A stretch of DNA of 64,000 nt from assembly GCA_963782115.1 (NCBI GenBank), contig CAWAIK010000001.1, positions 448,001 through 512,000 on the forward strand. The letters are read 5' to 3'. The notes under the pieces were generated by a model, which did no database searches, was not told where the DNA came from, and saw only the letters and a program-made list of their open reading frames with translations. Positions 20,135-33,288 of this stretch are shown in pieces (within the stretch, counting starts at the first letter, position 1; every line of letters begins with the position of its first letter). The stretch comes from an uncultured Verrucomicrobiae bacterium (GTDB lineage: Bacteria; Verrucomicrobiota; Verrucomicrobiia; Chthoniobacterales; JAFAMB01). Both the position numbers and the translations under genes were made by a program.

Positions 20135-21328
20135 CTATCGTTTCGTCCGGAACAACACGCTTGTTTTTACCTCTTCCTGGATCGCTGGCAGTTCTGCAGG
20201 ATTGCGATTGCAGAGCACCGCGGCGATAAGGGTTTCTCCTCGTCGATACCGTGCGATAAAGCCTCGTTTCTCTCTGCTCCCTTCGATATCTCCAAGCAGA
20301 TGAGGCGTACTGAAGTCGCCGACAAAATCGAAATGCATTCCGAGAACCTGGCTCGAACAGCTCGGGACGCCTTCAAATTTCTGGCGTTTGCGTCCGGTCA
20401 GATTCGCTCCGGCGATGAGACCCTGCAGCCGCGCCATTTCGATGTTCGTCGTGCGTTTGGCCCCTCCGTAAATGCGATCGGGATAAAGCGCGATATCCCC
20501 CACCGCGTAAATGCCTTTTTCGTCTGTCTCCAGGTACTCGTTGACCGGGCATCCGCTCGGGCTGCTCAGTGGGGTATTTGCCACAAGTTGCAGGTTGGGT
20601 TCGGTCCCAATCGCGACCACGGCAAGCCCCGCGGGAAATCGCATCCCGCTTTTAGTCTGGATGTTCTTGATTACCGTTTTCCCTTCGAATCCATTGAGAT
20701 TTTCATTTAGCAGCAATTGGATTCCGGCCTCCAGATAGGAATCGGTCAACCATTGTGCGCTCTCGGGGTCGAGCAGTTCCTGCCAGATCACCTTGTCCCG
20801 GCTCAGCAGGCTCAGCTTTGCGCCGGAACTGGTCAAAGAGGAGGAGACTTCTGCACCGAGAAAGCCGGATCCCACGACCACCACATGTTTCTCGCTTAAG
20901 AGGATCTCCCGGATCGCCAAGGCATCCCGGAAATTTCTGAGATAAACAACATTGCCAAGGTTTGCACCCGCCACTTGGGGACGTCTGGCCCGGCTGCCGG
21001 TTGCCAGGCATGCCTTGCGAAACTCGATAGTTTGACCGTTCTCGAGGACCGCAAGGCGGCGTTCAATATTGAACTCGCGCACGTAAGTCCCAAGTCGCAC
21101 TTCAATGCCCTTTTTCTTGTACCAATCCTCCGGTTTTTCGACCAGCTTTTCGAAAGGGACGCCGGAATCCTTCAGAAAAGACTTCGACAGGGGCGGTCGT
21201 TGATAGGGAAGATAGGGTTCATTGCTGACAAGGGTCACCGAGCCTTTGGTGTCATATTGGCGCAGTGAGTCGCAGACGCTGGCCCCACCGACGCCGCCGC
21301 CGACGATCAGATAATCACGTTGGATCAT
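20135..21328 (-). CDS. FAD/NAD(P)-dependent oxidoreductase (ferredoxin reductase-like)
   Basis: IVGGGVGG, YQRPPLSK, LATGS, VVGSGFLGAE and IYAVGD motifs. Confidence 0.9.
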   Translation of the reverse strand: MIQRDYLIVGGGVGGASVCDSLRQYDTKGSVTLVSNEPYLPYQRPPLSKSFLKDSGVPFEKLVEKPEDWYKKKGIEVRLGTYVREFNIERRLAVLENGQTIEFRKACLATGSRARRPQVAGANLGNVVYLRNFRDALAIREILLSEKHVVVVGSGFLGAEVSSSLTSSGAKLSLLSRDKVIWQELLDPESAQWLTDSYLEAGIQLLLNENLNGFEGKTVIKNIQTKSGMRFPAGLAVVAIGTEPNLQLVANTPLSSPSGCPVNEYLETDEKGIYAVGDIALYPDRIYGGAKRTTNIEMARLQGLIAGANLTGRKRQKFEGVPSCSSQVLGMHFDFVGDFSTPHLLGDIEGSREKRGFIARYRRGETLIAAVLCNRNPAELPAIQEEVKTSVLFRTKR

Positions 21329-21411
21329 GCTTGAGCCGCCAATATATGGAGGCGTTGCGACTTTCTCGAAGAAAATCTCTGATACAAGCCGCGGCTTGTG
21401 CAAGCGGGAAG

Positions 21412-23447
21412 TTATCCGCCACTTCCTAAGAATTCCGAAGACCTATCCCGGCATCGCAAATCGGCTACCGAACTTCTCCTGCAAGCCGACCCGGACCCGT
21501 TCAAAATCTTCGCCGCCCGATGAGATCGCGGTAGGTCATTACGCCACCGCGGCCTGCCGGGTAACTCCATCCCAGCACTGAGGCCAGGTCGGCCATCGCA
21601 GGCGTCCTCAATAATGCCCTCTCGCATCGCGTGCAGCGCCTCGATTGTCTGAATCACGAATAAGCGTCGTTCGATCTCGTCTGGTACAGGTTGGTGGGCG
21701 GCCGGCGCGAAACAGATCGCGAAAATCAGCCGAATCGACACGCTCCTGGCGAGAGTTGTACTCGTAAATGCCGGCCCCACTTTTCCTTCCCAAACGTGAA
21801 CGACTCGTGAATTCCCTCAGGATGTCGACTGATTCGCTGGCGTCTCTCGCCGCGCCTCGTTGGTGTTTGGCCAAGCTTTCGAAAATATCGGCCAACAGGT
21901 CGAGCGACATCAGATCAGCCACAGTCAGAGGACCTAGAATCATGCCGGCATTCCGAGCGACGTTATCGATCATCCAGGGAGAAATCCCTTCGCGAACCAT
22001 GAAAAGGGCTTCCTGGAGATAAGCTGCTACGACCCTGCTGGTAAAAAATCCCGGACCATCCCGGACAATGATCGGGGTCTTCTCGAGCACCTTTGCCAAG
22101 CAGGAGCGCTCGCTCGATCGTTTCGGGAGCCGTTTTTTCTCCAACGACAATCTCCAGAAGTTCCATTCGATCCACCGGAGCAAAAAAGTGTGTTCCGAGA
22201 AATCGATCCGGGCGGTTGCATGCCAACGCGAGGTCGGAGATTGGAAGCGTCGTGGTGTTGGAAGCGATAATGGCTGCCGGATCGGCGAGCTCTGCAATCT
22301 CGGCGAGTTTGGCCTTCTTCAAGTTCGCGCGCTCAAAAATGGCTTCGACGATGAAGTCGCAGCGCGCGAGAACGGCAATCTCGGGAGCCCAACGAACCCG
22401 GGTTCAACAAGTCGGTTGGTGTCTCCTGCTTCAACAAACCTGAAATGGCGTCTTGTTGCGCAATCTTCTTCATGCGTTGAAGAGAACGCTCGGAAGCCTC
22501 GTGGCGATACGTCGACGACAAGAACTTCGTAGCCCGCTCGAGCGGCTGTGTAGGCGATCCCGGTCCCCATCAAGCCGGCTCCAAGAATCCCGATGCGTTT
22601 GATGGGATGTTGCTCGTTCACGACTCTGTGAAGCGCCTTTTGCCGCGCCAGGTGGAGGGTATTCACGCGGTTCAAGGTCGACCGTGAACGCCGCACGGTC
22701 GACCACTGCTCCGCTTCGAGGCGAATTCCAGCGTCAATCGATCGTTCGAGTCCGTCCTGGAGACATCGGAGGATGGCCGTGGGAGCTGCTTCCTCGGGAG
22801 TTACGCGGCGGCGGAGCTTGAGATAGATCTTCTCGAGGAGTTGGCGATTTGAGGATCTTTGAGAATAGGTCAAGGAGAGTTCCTGAGGAACACGGTCCCA
22901 TGGTTGTCCGGGTTTTGGATGAGCCTCGGCCCACTCCATGGCGGCCTCGGGCAGGCTCTGGTCCTTTACTTCAAATAATCCCGACGCAACCGCTTCCGTC
23001 ACGCTCACTTTCTCGCCCTGTAACAACAGTCGCGCCGCCAATTCGATGCCGCAGAGTCTGGGAAGTCGTTGTGTTCCTCCCAGAACCGGCATCAGGCCAT
23101 ATTTGAGCCAGGGAAAATCCAGACTGATCGTTCCGACGCTTGCGAATCGCACATGACACGCCAAAGCAATTTCGAGCTGGAGTCCGCCTATCGATTCGGA
23201 GACAAGCGCGACGGCGGCCTTTGGACCTTGCTCCATCTGCCGGATCGAGGTTGCGTAGGCGATCAATCAATGGGTCTTCGGCCAGAATCTGATCGACCTC
23301 GATCCTCTCCGTTTCCGAGTCGGCTGTGAAATTCGATCAATAGGGCGTTCGATCGCCGGATCGGAGAGCGCTGCCTCGATGCGATCGGCAATCTTTGAGT
23401 CCAAAGGTCCGTTCGCACGAAATTCGAGCGTTGCCTTCGGGGTTCAT
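21412..23447 (-). CDS. Fatty acid oxidation complex alpha-like (enoyl-CoA hydratase/3-hydroxyacyl-CoA dehydrogenase), split by frameshifts
   Basis: GGTQRLPRL, ILGAGLMGTGIA, IASNTTTLPI, THFFAPVDRM, DGPGFF and LGRKSGAGIY motifs across several frames. Confidence 0.88.
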
Positions 23448-24658
23448 ACGCGCTGGACGACCGTCGCAACCCCCATCCCTAAGACCGGTGCACATGGTGA
23501 CAACGCCGTGTTCAACGTTTCGCCTATGCATTTCATTGACCAGCGTGCCGATCAGAACCGCTCCGGTCGCCCCAACCGGGTGGCCCATCGCAATTGCGCC
23601 GCCAGCAACGTTGATTCGTTCGAGCGGCACTTTCGTCTTGTCCATGAAGTACAAAACGACCGAGGCAAATGCTTCGTTGACCTCGAAAAGATCGATATCG
23701 GATGCGATCAGGCCGGCCCGATCGAGCGCTTTGCGGGTGGCGGCAGCCGGGGCCGTCAGCATGATGCAGGGATCGTCCGCGGCGCTGGCGGTCGACAGAA
23801 TTTTCGCTTTGGGCTCCAGTCCGAATTGTTCCGCGATTCGTCCGTTCCCCATCAACACGACGACTGCGCCGTCCGCAATCCCGGAAGAATTGCCGGCGTG
23901 ATGAACGTGACGAATCTTGGAGATCTGCGGATATCGCAACCGGATGTAATCGCGATAATCATCCCCGATCCGCTCAAAAGCGGGCGATAAGCTTCGCCAG
24001 ACTCTCCGTCGTTACATTGTCCCGCATCAGTTCGTCTCGCGTGAGAACTGGATCGCCGTTGTCGTTGGTGATCGGCACGACCAAATCGTCAAAAAGGCCC
24101 TTGCTCCATGCCGCGCGGGCGCGCTGCTGGGATCTTGCGCCCAGAGCGTCAACGTCGTTCCGGGTGTATCCATGCAAAGTCGCGATGAGATCGGCGGACA
24201 GACCCTGTGGAATCTGGACGTTTGTATCTTTGAATGACACATCAGAAATCATCGGACCTCCTGAACCGAAGATGGAAAAGAGCGAAAGCATTTCCACGCC
24301 GCCGGCGATGATCAAGTCTGCCTGGCCCGACATCACCTTCGCCGCGGCGGTGTTGACGGCGTCCAAGCCGGATCCGCAGAATCGTCGACACCATGAAGCC
24401 GGGAGTTGTGACCCGGTAACCGGCTTGCAGCGCGCTCGATCTGGCCAGATTGCCGCCCTGATCGTTATACTGTTCGCAACATCCAAGTATTACTTCATCT
24501 GTAGACTGTTGGACCGGCGGATATCTGCGGCTCAGTTCCCGCAAAAGAGAACTGACCAGGCGCAACGGGGTCTGAGTATGGAGCTTGCCTGTCGATTTCC
24601 CGCGCCCGAGCGGCGTCCGAATAGCGTCGAAAATAAAGACTTCGGCAAGAGATGGCAT
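23444..24658 (-). CDS. Acetyl-CoA acyltransferase (thiolase), split by frameshifts
   Basis: DAIRTPLGRG, RFCGSGL, NSSGIADGA, EVNEAFA and GGAIAMGHPVGATG motifs. Confidence 0.92.
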
Positions 24659-24762
24659 AGATCGAGAAAAGGTTGCTTCTACATTACTCTTTTTCAGCCA
24701 AATAGCCAGCGACGGAACCGTTGCGCTGCAGGAGCGATTTCGTTATCTCTTCTCGAGGCCAA

Positions 24763-25818
24763 ATGAAGAAATATCGAATTGCGGTGATTCAGGGAGACGG
24801 AATTGGTAAGGAGGTTGTGCCTGAAGGGATCCGGGTGATCGATGCGGCGGCCAGGAAAGCCGGCGTTCAATTGGAGTGGCAACAGTTTCCCTGGAGTTGC
24901 GCGTACTACAAGGAAACTGGTCGAATGATGCCCGAAGACGGGCTCGACCAGATCCGGCATCATGACGCAATTTTTCTCGGCGCGGTCGGGTTCCCGGGCG
25001 TCCCGGATCATATCTCACTCTGGGGCCTGTTGATTCCGATTCGCCGCGTATTCGAGCAATATGCCAATATTCGTCCGGTGAGGTTAATGCCGGGAATCCA
25101 ATCCCCGCTGCGGAATCGGGACTATGGCGATATCGATTTCATCATCGTTCGCGAGAATAACGAAGGAGAATACTCTTCTGTCGGCGGACGAATGTTTGAA
25201 GGCACCGAGTTCGAGTTTGCGACACAACAATCAGTGTTCACGCGCCGTGGAGTCGACCGGATTTTGCGTTGCGCCTTCGAGACCGCCTCCAAACGGAGAA
25301 AAAAGCAGGTGACTTCGGCGACCAAATCGAACGGCATCACGATCACCATGCCGTTCTGGGATGAGCGATTTAAGGTGATCAGCGCTGAATATCCCCAGAT
25401 CAAGACCAACCAGTTTCATATCGACATTCTGACCGCCCACTTCGTACTGCATCCTGACTGGTTTGATGTCGTGGTTGGTTCGAATCTTTTCGGAGACATC
25501 CTCTCGGACCTCGGTCCCGCGTGCACTGGAACGATCGGCATCGCTCCCTCGGCGAATCTGAATCCGGAACGCGTTTTTCCTTCGATGTTCGAGCCGGTGC
25601 ACGGTTCGGCGCCGGATATCGCGGGCAAAGGGATCGCAAATCCGATCGGTCAAATCTGGTCCGGGGCAATGATGCTTGAGCATCTCGGCGAGCAGGATGC
25701 GGCTGGAGCTATAATCAAGGCGATTGAAAAGGTCCTGGAAACCGGACCTAAGACGCGGGACATCGGCGGCTCCGCATCGACAGAGGAAGTGGGTAAGGCC
25801 ATTGCGGCAGCGTTATAA
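24763..25818 (+). CDS. Tartrate dehydrogenase / D-malate dehydrogenase (decarboxylating)
   Basis: GDGIGKEV, PDHISLWGLL, ATKSNGITITMPFWD and FEPVHGSAPDI motifs. Confidence 0.92.
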   Translation: MKKYRIAVIQGDGIGKEVVPEGIRVIDAAARKAGVQLEWQQFPWSCAYYKETGRMMPEDGLDQIRHHDAIFLGAVGFPGVPDHISLWGLLIPIRRVFEQYANIRPVRLMPGIQSPLRNRDYGDIDFIIVRENNEGEYSSVGGRMFEGTEFEFATQQSVFTRRGVDRILRCAFETASKRRKKQVTSATKSNGITITMPFWDERFKVISAEYPQIKTNQFHIDILTAHFVLHPDWFDVVVGSNLFGDILSDLGPACTGTIGIAPSANLNPERVFPSMFEPVHGSAPDIAGKGIANPIGQIWSGAMMLEHLGEQDAAGAIIKAIEKVLETGPKTRDIGGSASTEEVGKAIAAAL

Positions 25819-26042
25819 CCGAGAAAGCTCCGTGAGGTCGTCGTAGCCGCCGAAAAACAGGTAGGTTGCCTTCAATCTACCGGGAGCGCCGCGTTGCAAT
25901 ACGCCTTGACACGCCCGATCCCTTGTGGCTGATTGCACGCTCCGCGCGAGCCAGAACTGCCGTTGGTCCCTGGGTTGCGGCCGCTTGGCCTGCAACCGCA
26001 CGCGCCAGGGGAAACCCGGCTAAGTATAAAAGTAAAATGCAT

Positions 26043-27078
26043 ATGCCCGTTCGTTTAGGTCGTTTCGAGATGCCCAAGAGCCTCACAAAAGATGAGGCCA
26101 CCGCAACCGAGACATACACCAAATTTACCGCTGAACCGTTTGAGGCCGGATATGGCCACACAGTCGGCAACTCTCTGCGCCGCGTTCTTCTTTCCTCTCT
26201 GGAAGGTGCGGCGATCACTTCGGTTCGAATTACTGGGGCGCAACATGAATTCGCATCGCTGCCGGGGATCGTTGAGGACGTGACCGATATGATCCTCAAT
26301 CTGAAAAAGATAAGATTCAAGGCAGTTGACCACGAGCCACGAACGGTCACGATCAATGTCAACAAAGAGGGGTTGGTCACTGCCGGTGACATCCAGACCA
26401 TCCAGGGTATTGAAGTGCTGAATACGGACCAGGTCATTTGCACCATCGACAAGCGGCAGAAGTTTGAAGCCGAGTTTGACGTCCGGATTGGACGCGGATT
26501 TTTTACGGGAGACGAGAACAAACGTGCGGACATGCCGATAGGCGTTATCCCGATCGATTCAATTTTTTCACCGGTGATTCGGGTGAAGTACAGCCGTCGA
26601 GAATACTCGCGTCGGCCAGCGTACTGATTACGATAAGCTGGTTCTTGAAGTCTGGACGGACGGACGGATCACTCCGGAAGACGCGCTTCTTCAGGCTTCC
26701 GCCATCCTACGTCATCACCTGGATGTGTTCGTGAATTATGACGACAGCCAGGTCGAGTTTGATGAAACGCCGGAGGAAGTCAGCCAGGAGAATACCCGGC
26801 TCAAGAAACTCCTGAATATGAGCGTTAACGAAATCGAACTCTCGGTTCGTGCCGCGAATTGCTTGAACAACGCCAATATCACGACCGTAGGCCAGCTAGC
26901 AATGAAGACGGAAGCGGAGATGTTGAAGTATCGTAATTTCGGGAAGAAGTCGCTGAACGAGATCAAAGAAAAATTGCAACAGCTTGGTCTGAGCCTGGGG
27001 ATGAAATTTGAGTCGGGATTAGTTGAACCGCCAATGGGCGGCGAACGGAGTGACGAGGGCAAATTGGTCTCTCTCTAA
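26043..27078 (+). CDS. rpoA: RNA polymerase alpha subunit (one extra base near 26592)
   Basis: EPFEAGYGHTVGNSLRRVLLSSLEG; after frame correction YAVENTRVGQRTDYDKL; CTD ELSVRAANCL..NFGKKSLNEI. Confidence 0.97.
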
Positions 27079-27083
27079 GAATT

Positions 27084-27488
27084 ATGCGTCACGCAAAGAA
27101 GACCATTAAATTGGGCCGCAAATCCGAGCATCGGAATCTCTTGCTGGCGAACCAGGTTTGCAGCCTCATTGCGTACAATCGAATTAAGACGACTTTGGCA
27201 AAAGCAAAGGCTGTCAGGCCGTTTGCGGAAAGGATGATCACTCTCGGTAAACGGGGTGATCTCCATGCACGTCGTGTGGCCTTTTCTTTTCTGCGGCAGA
27301 AGGAAGCTGTTCGAAGATTGTTTGCCGAACTGGCGCCTCGCACCATGAGTCGGCAAGGTGGCTATTGCCGGATCGTGAAGCTTGGTCCGAGACAAAGCGA
27401 TTCCGCAGCGATGGCCTATATCGAGTTCGTGGACCAACCGGGAGCAGAGACGAAGCCTGAGACCAAGGCAGCGACTGAGAAGAAGTAA
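27084..27488 (+). CDS. rplQ: 50S ribosomal protein L17
   Basis: MRHAK..LGR, IKTTLAKAK and GGYCRIVKLGPRQSDSA motifs. Confidence 0.97.
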   Translation: MRHAKKTIKLGRKSEHRNLLLANQVCSLIAYNRIKTTLAKAKAVRPFAERMITLGKRGDLHARRVAFSFLRQKEAVRRLFAELAPRTMSRQGGYCRIVKLGPRQSDSAAMAYIEFVDQPGAETKPETKAATEKK

Positions 27489-27547
27489 CAGCCGGTTATT
27501 TAGCGGCATTTCGGGGCAGATCTATTCAAGCTTTTTCCTGAAGGTCG

Positions 27548-27937
27548 TCAGCTAAGAATCTCGAACGCCTTCTTCAGGTTATTCGGCCTGAAGATCAGAA
27601 CCCCTTTTTCCGCGTTTGGCGCAGTCGCCAAGTAGGCGTATTCGATGTTGACTTTCTCTGCGGCGAGCTTTTTCGCGATTTCGGATAATGTTCCGGGCTT
27701 GTTGTCGTGCTCCAGCATCAGGACATCGTTTTCCAGGACAAGCGTGCCGTGTTCTTCAAAAATGGACAATGCCTTTTTGTGATCGCTGACGACCATGCGC
27801 ACCACGGCGTGATCCACCGTATCCGAAATCGTTAAGCCGAAGATATTGATCTGCTCTGCTGCCAATGCATCGCAGACGGCGGCGAGGGTGCCTGGCTTGT
27901 TCGCGAGGAACAGCGCAAGTTGAGTCGTAATTTCCAT
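27548..27937 (-). CDS. Tandem ACT domain protein
   Basis: Two NKPGTL repeats, NIEYAY. Confidence 0.88.
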   Translation of the reverse strand: MEITTQLALFLANKPGTLAAVCDALAAEQINIFGLTISDTVDHAVVRMVVSDHKKALSIFEEHGTLVLENDVLMLEHDNKPGTLSEIAKKLAAEKVNIEYAYLATAPNAEKGVLIFRPNNLKKAFEILS

Positions 27938-27964
27938 AAGCTAACTGATCGGTGCAGACGTCTC

Positions 27965-30900
27965 CTATGCGGCAGGGGCCGGCACCAGGGCCGGTTTGGG
28001 AACTGTCGGAACATGGATCGGGCGAATCTTCCAGAATTTTGACTCATATCGATGCCAGTCTCCCAGGATCTCTTTTGCCCGGTCGCTTTCCGTCCGCTCA
28101 AGATGTTTGTAGACCAGCCTCTTCACAGTGACGATATCCACTTCGGTTTCGAGCCTTTCAAGCGCGACCAGTTCCGGATTCAAATTGAGTGGGAACGAAT
28201 CGTCCAGATCTAACACGTACGCGACTCCTCCGGTCATACCGGCTCCGAAGTTTTTCCCGGTACTTCCGAGAACTAGCAGGACGCCGCCTGTCATATACTC
28301 ACTGCCGTGATCGCCGACCCCCTCAATCACGGCGGTCACTCCTGAATTCCGCACGCCAAACCGCTCTCCAGCGCGACCAGCAGCGAAAAATTCTCCGCCG
28401 GTCGCTCCGTAAAGACAGGTATTGCCGACGATCGAGTTTTCGTGCGCGACGTATTTTCGCTCGGTGGGTGGCTTTACGACGATTTCACCGCCTCCCATGC
28501 CCTTGCCGACGTAATCGTTCGCTTCACCAGTCAACGTGATCTTGACACCGGGACTTAGAAACGCTCCGAGGCTTTGACCGGCGCTGCCACGCAGTTCCAA
28601 TTCGATCGTTCCTTCGGGCAGACCTTGCTCCCCCCAGAGGTAACCAATCTCTCCCGAAAGCTTGGTTCCAACTGCGCGGTTAGTGTTCTTGACCCGGTAA
28701 GAGAGCGTAATCGGCAACTGGTCGTTCACTGCTTCGCGCGCATCCTGCAGGATCGAGTCGTCGAGCCGCCTTCCGGGTTGGGGATCATTTCGTTCCCACG
28801 TATTGTGCCGTGGCTGCGAATCGTCATCTTTCGCGACATTCACCAGCAATCGACTCAGATTGACTTTGTTTGCCTTCCAGTGATCCTGGATATATCGCTG
28901 ACGCAGATATTCCACCCGTCCAACCAGGTCCGTGAAACTAGGAAGACCTATCTCCGCCATGATCGCTCGTACCTCTTCTGCAACTCCATTGAAGTAGTTC
29001 ACGACATATTCGGGCTTGCCCTTGAATTTCGCGCGCAGACGCTCATCCTGAGTCGCCACGCCGACTGGACATGTATTCAGGTGGCACTGCCGAACATAAA
29101 CGCAACCGGAGGCAATCAGCGCAGTTGTTCCGAAATTAAATTCTTCGGCCCCAAGCAATGCCGCAAAGACGATGTCTTCCCCGGTTCGGAGGCCGCCGTC
29201 CGTGCGCAGAATAATCCGGTTGCGCAAGCCGTTCAGCATCAGGACCTGGTGCGCTTCCGCAATTCCGAGCTCCCAGGCGCTACCCGCATTCTTAATTGAA
29301 CTAAGTGGTGAAGCGCCAGTGCCTCCTTCGTGGCCGCTGATAAGAATGATGTCGGCATGCGCCTTGGCTACGCCGGCGGCAATCGTTCCGACGCCTGCTT
29401 CCGCGACCAGTTTAACGCAGATTTTTGCTCGCGGATTGACTTGTTTCAGATCGTAAATTAACTGCGCCAGGTCCTCGATTGAATAGATATCATGGTGCGG
29501 CGGCGGGGAGATCAATGCCACCCCGGCGTGCTTTTTCGCAGCCGCGCAATCAATTCGGTAACCTTGTGGCCTGGTAATTGTCCTCCTTCGCCCGGTTTTG
29601 CGCCCTGGGCCATCTTGATCTCGATCTCTTTCGCGCTTGCGAGATAAGCGGCGGTGACGCCAAAGCGGCCCGCAGCGATTTGCTTGATCGCGCTGTTTGG
29701 CCAATCGCCATTTTTGCGGCGATGAAAACGTTGCGGGTCTTCGCCCCCTTCACCCGAATTGGATTTTCCGCCGATCTGATTCATCGCGATGGCGAGGCAC
29801 TCGTGTGCTTCCGGGCTCAGTGCGCCAAGGGACATGCCAGCAGTGGTAAATCGTCGTCGGATCTCTTCGATCGGCTCCACTTCTTCGATCGGGATCGGCT
29901 GTTTGCCTGTTGGAATTCGTTCCAACAGATCTCGCAGTGTATTTGGCCGGACCGCTTTGACCGCTTCGACGTACGCTTTGTAATCCTCTGGCTTGTTCGA
30001 TTTAACAAACGCGTGAAAGCTCTTGATCACCGGTGGCGTGACCGCATGCTGCTCACCCTGCCGCCGGAACCGGTAATAACCAGGGTCTCCCAGCTCAAGC
30101 GTTTTGTTCTCTTCAGGCAGCGCCTTTGAGTAGGCGTGTCTGTGCCTTGTCAGCGTCTCCGTCGCGATCTCTTTGAAACCGATGCCCTCGATTTTGGAGG
30201 ATGTCCCGGCAAAACATTTTTCGGTGAGCTCAGAGCTGATCCCGATCGCTTCGAAAATCTGAGCACCTCGATAGCTGTCTACGACCGAGATGCCCATTTT
30301 TGACATGATCTTCAGCAACCCCTTCTCGATCGCAACCTTGTAGTTGCGGACCATCTTTTCGTACGTCGCAGTTTCCCCGAGCTGGCCTTTCTCAAGCAAT
30401 TCTCGAATCGTTCCGTACGCGACGTAGGGGCAGACCGCGCTTGCGCCATATCCGATCAGGCACGCAATCTGATGCACATCCCGAGCTTCCCCGGTGTCGC
30501 AAATGATACTGCACTTCATTCGTTTTCCGATTCGGGTTAGATGATGATGAACGGCTGCGGTGGCGAGCAGCATCGGAATGGCAACGTGACCGTGATCTAC
30601 TCCTCGGTCAGAAAGAATAATCAGCCGCGCTGAATCATCGATGGCGCGTTCAGCTTCCGCAGAGATCCGATTCACTGCCTCTTCTATGCCCGTCCGCGCC
30701 TTCCGCAACATTCCACAGAATAGAGATTGTCGCCGATTTGTGGTCCGGATCCGGATATCGATCTCAAGGCATCGAGTTCATGCTGAAGCAATACCGGCGA
30801 ATCCGAGTGCACCATTTTGGCATGTTCAGGTGTCGCTCCGAGCAAATTACGGCGCCATCCCAGGAGGGTTGCCAGGGACATCACGAGTTTTTCGCGGATC

Positions 30901-32518
30901 GGATCGATCGGCGGATTGGTCACCTGCGCGAAGAGCTGTTTGAAGTAGGTGTAAAGCAACCTCGGCTGCAAAGAAAGAACAGCCAGCGGCGTATCATCCC
31001 CCATCGATCCGAGCGCTTCCTGGCCATCCTTGACCATCGGTTTCAGAACCATGTCGAGTTCTTCACTCGTGTACCCGAACGCTACCTGCAGCTGGGTCAA
31101 TTCCAGAATATCCAATTCCCCCGCAGGTGCGGGGATCGATTTGCCGGCAATTTGCTGCAGCCGGAGCAAATACGTATTGATCCACTCCAGATAAGGTTTT
31201 TCGGCCGAAAGCTGCTTTCTTGATTTCGGCGTCTCGCAAGAGTTTGCCCGCGCCGGTATCGACTGCGATCATCTCGCCCGGTGCAAGGCGCCCTTTCTCG
31301 ATGACCTTTGCGTCATCGATTTCGTTGCAGCCTACCTCAGAGCCAAGACTCACAAGCCCGTCTTCGGTGATCTTGTATCGCGCCGGTCGGAGTCCGTTTC
31401 GATCGAGACAGGCTGCGACGACGATTCCGTTGCTGAATATAAGTCCTGCCGGACCGTCCCAAGGTTCGGTAAAACATCGATGGTACTCGTAGTAAGCCTT
31501 GAGTTCCGGAGCCATTTTCTCGTCGGCGCGCCACGCCGGCGGCACAAGCATGGTCATCGCATGCAAGATGTCGCGTCCGGACAACATCAGCACTTCCATC
31601 GCGTTATCCAGGCTGGCCGAATCCGATCCTCCAGGTTGGATGATCGGCTTTAGGAGATCGACATCTTCGCCCCAGACTTCGGCCATCAACTCCGACTCCC
31701 GAGCACGCATCCAGTTGCGGTTGCCTCGAATCGTATTGATCTCGCCGTTATGCCCAAGAACGCGGAACGGTTGGCTGAGAGGCCAGGTTGGAAATGTATT
31801 GGTGCTATACCGTTCGTGGTAAAGGCATATCGCAGTCTCGTACTCTGGATTAGCGAGATCTCGATAAAATTTTTCGAGCGAGACCGCCGTTAACAAGCCT
31901 TTGTAAACAATCACCCGGTGCGAAAACGAAGCGATATAAAAATTTTTAATGTTATCGAGATGTGTGCGCGCCTCGATTTCATTTCGTGCGAGATACAGGC
32001 GCCGTTCATATTCGTCATCACTCATCCCGGCCGGTCGGCCGATCAGCACCTGCTCGATTCGGGGCATGGTGAGTTGCGCTTTTTCACCTAGCACAAGGAC
32101 ATTGAGCGGGACCTCGCGCCAGCCGAACTGGAACAGTTCGCGATGCTCTAAAACCTCCTCAATGATCGCTTTGGCTCGCGCCTGCGCATAGGCGTTGTCG
32201 TGGGGCAAGAAAACAAACCCAACCCCCAAGATCCGTATCATTGTAGAGCGTGTGCCCGAGTTTGGTCACCTCTTTGCGAAAGAGTTTGTACGGAATCTGC
32301 GTCATCACGCCCGAGCCATCTCCGGTTTTCGCGTCCGCGTCCATCGCTCCGCGGTGTGCCATGTTGCACTTCGAAGTGAGCCCGTGCCGCAGCACGCGAT
32401 TGGATCGTTCGCCGTTGATCGCGGCGACAAAACCTACTCCACACGAATCGTGTTCCTCTTCCGGCCGATAGAGCGAGTCCGGAAGCCCATTGAGCGCTAG
32501 CGTGATTGCGTCATTCAT
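27965..32518 (-). CDS. gltB: Glutamate synthase large subunit (several frameshifts)
   Basis: HDSCGVGF, RYSTNTFP, EPWDGPA, FAQVTNPPIDP, AQGAKPGEGGQLPG, SPPPHHDIYSIEDL and AGERFGVRNSG motifs. Confidence 0.96.
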
Positions 32519-32713
32519 GACGGAAAGCTTGCTGACATTAAGACTTCAGATGAGTGATTCAAGACGAAATTCCATAGAGTACTGACGAATTTTTGTCGCC
32601 AAAACAAGTTTTCTCGAATAATTTATGCCCTCTGTAATGCGGAACAATTGCAAAGAGCCGGTTCGCGAGGATTGCCCATGCTTCCCTTTCGAGCCTGGTA
32701 GGGGGATACTGCC

Positions 32714-33288
32714 ATGAGAATTCTAGATGAGCAAGAAAAGGCGATCATCCGTCACCTGATTCGCGATCCGCGCGAATCGGACAACGGAGTCGGAGAATTA
32801 ACTGGGGTCAATGTGCGCACCGTCAGCCGGAAACGGCAGCGTCTGGAGCAGGAGGGGATTTTTCGTACTATGCGAACGTCGACCTCTCCGCCAACGGCGC
32901 TCAACAATTTACTGCGCGCCATCTTTACATCATCAAGTTCGGCGTCGGTATCACGTACAAGCAACTCGTGGACGATATCAAAATGGAGCCGAGCAACACT
33001 GTGTTCACCGAAAGAGTTTTTGAAAGTCATATCGCAGAGATCGATGGTAAAGTCGCGCTCTTACTCTATATCGACGGCGATAGCGATGTCGATATCGTGC
33101 AGCGAATGCACGAAGAATTGATCCCAACACTTCTGAAAAATCACGGCAAGGATTTGATCGAAGAAATCTCGACCGTGCGAATTCTTTCGCCTGTCCGCGT
33201 GATGCGCAACTATTTGCCGCTGGTGAACATGAAGAACGGTCTGATGAAGCCCGACTGGCCGGATGAAGCAATTTATGTCGGTCGCTGA
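32714..33288 (+). CDS. Lrp/AsnC-like winged-helix regulator divergent from gltB (frameshift near 32860)
   Basis: LDEQEKAIIRHLIRDPRESD..TVSRKRQRLEQEG N-terminal HTH; C-terminal half in the next frame. Confidence 0.75.

Noticed and set aside
26580..26630. Programmed frameshift or split rpoA
   Set aside because: No slippery site; one of many similar indels in the region
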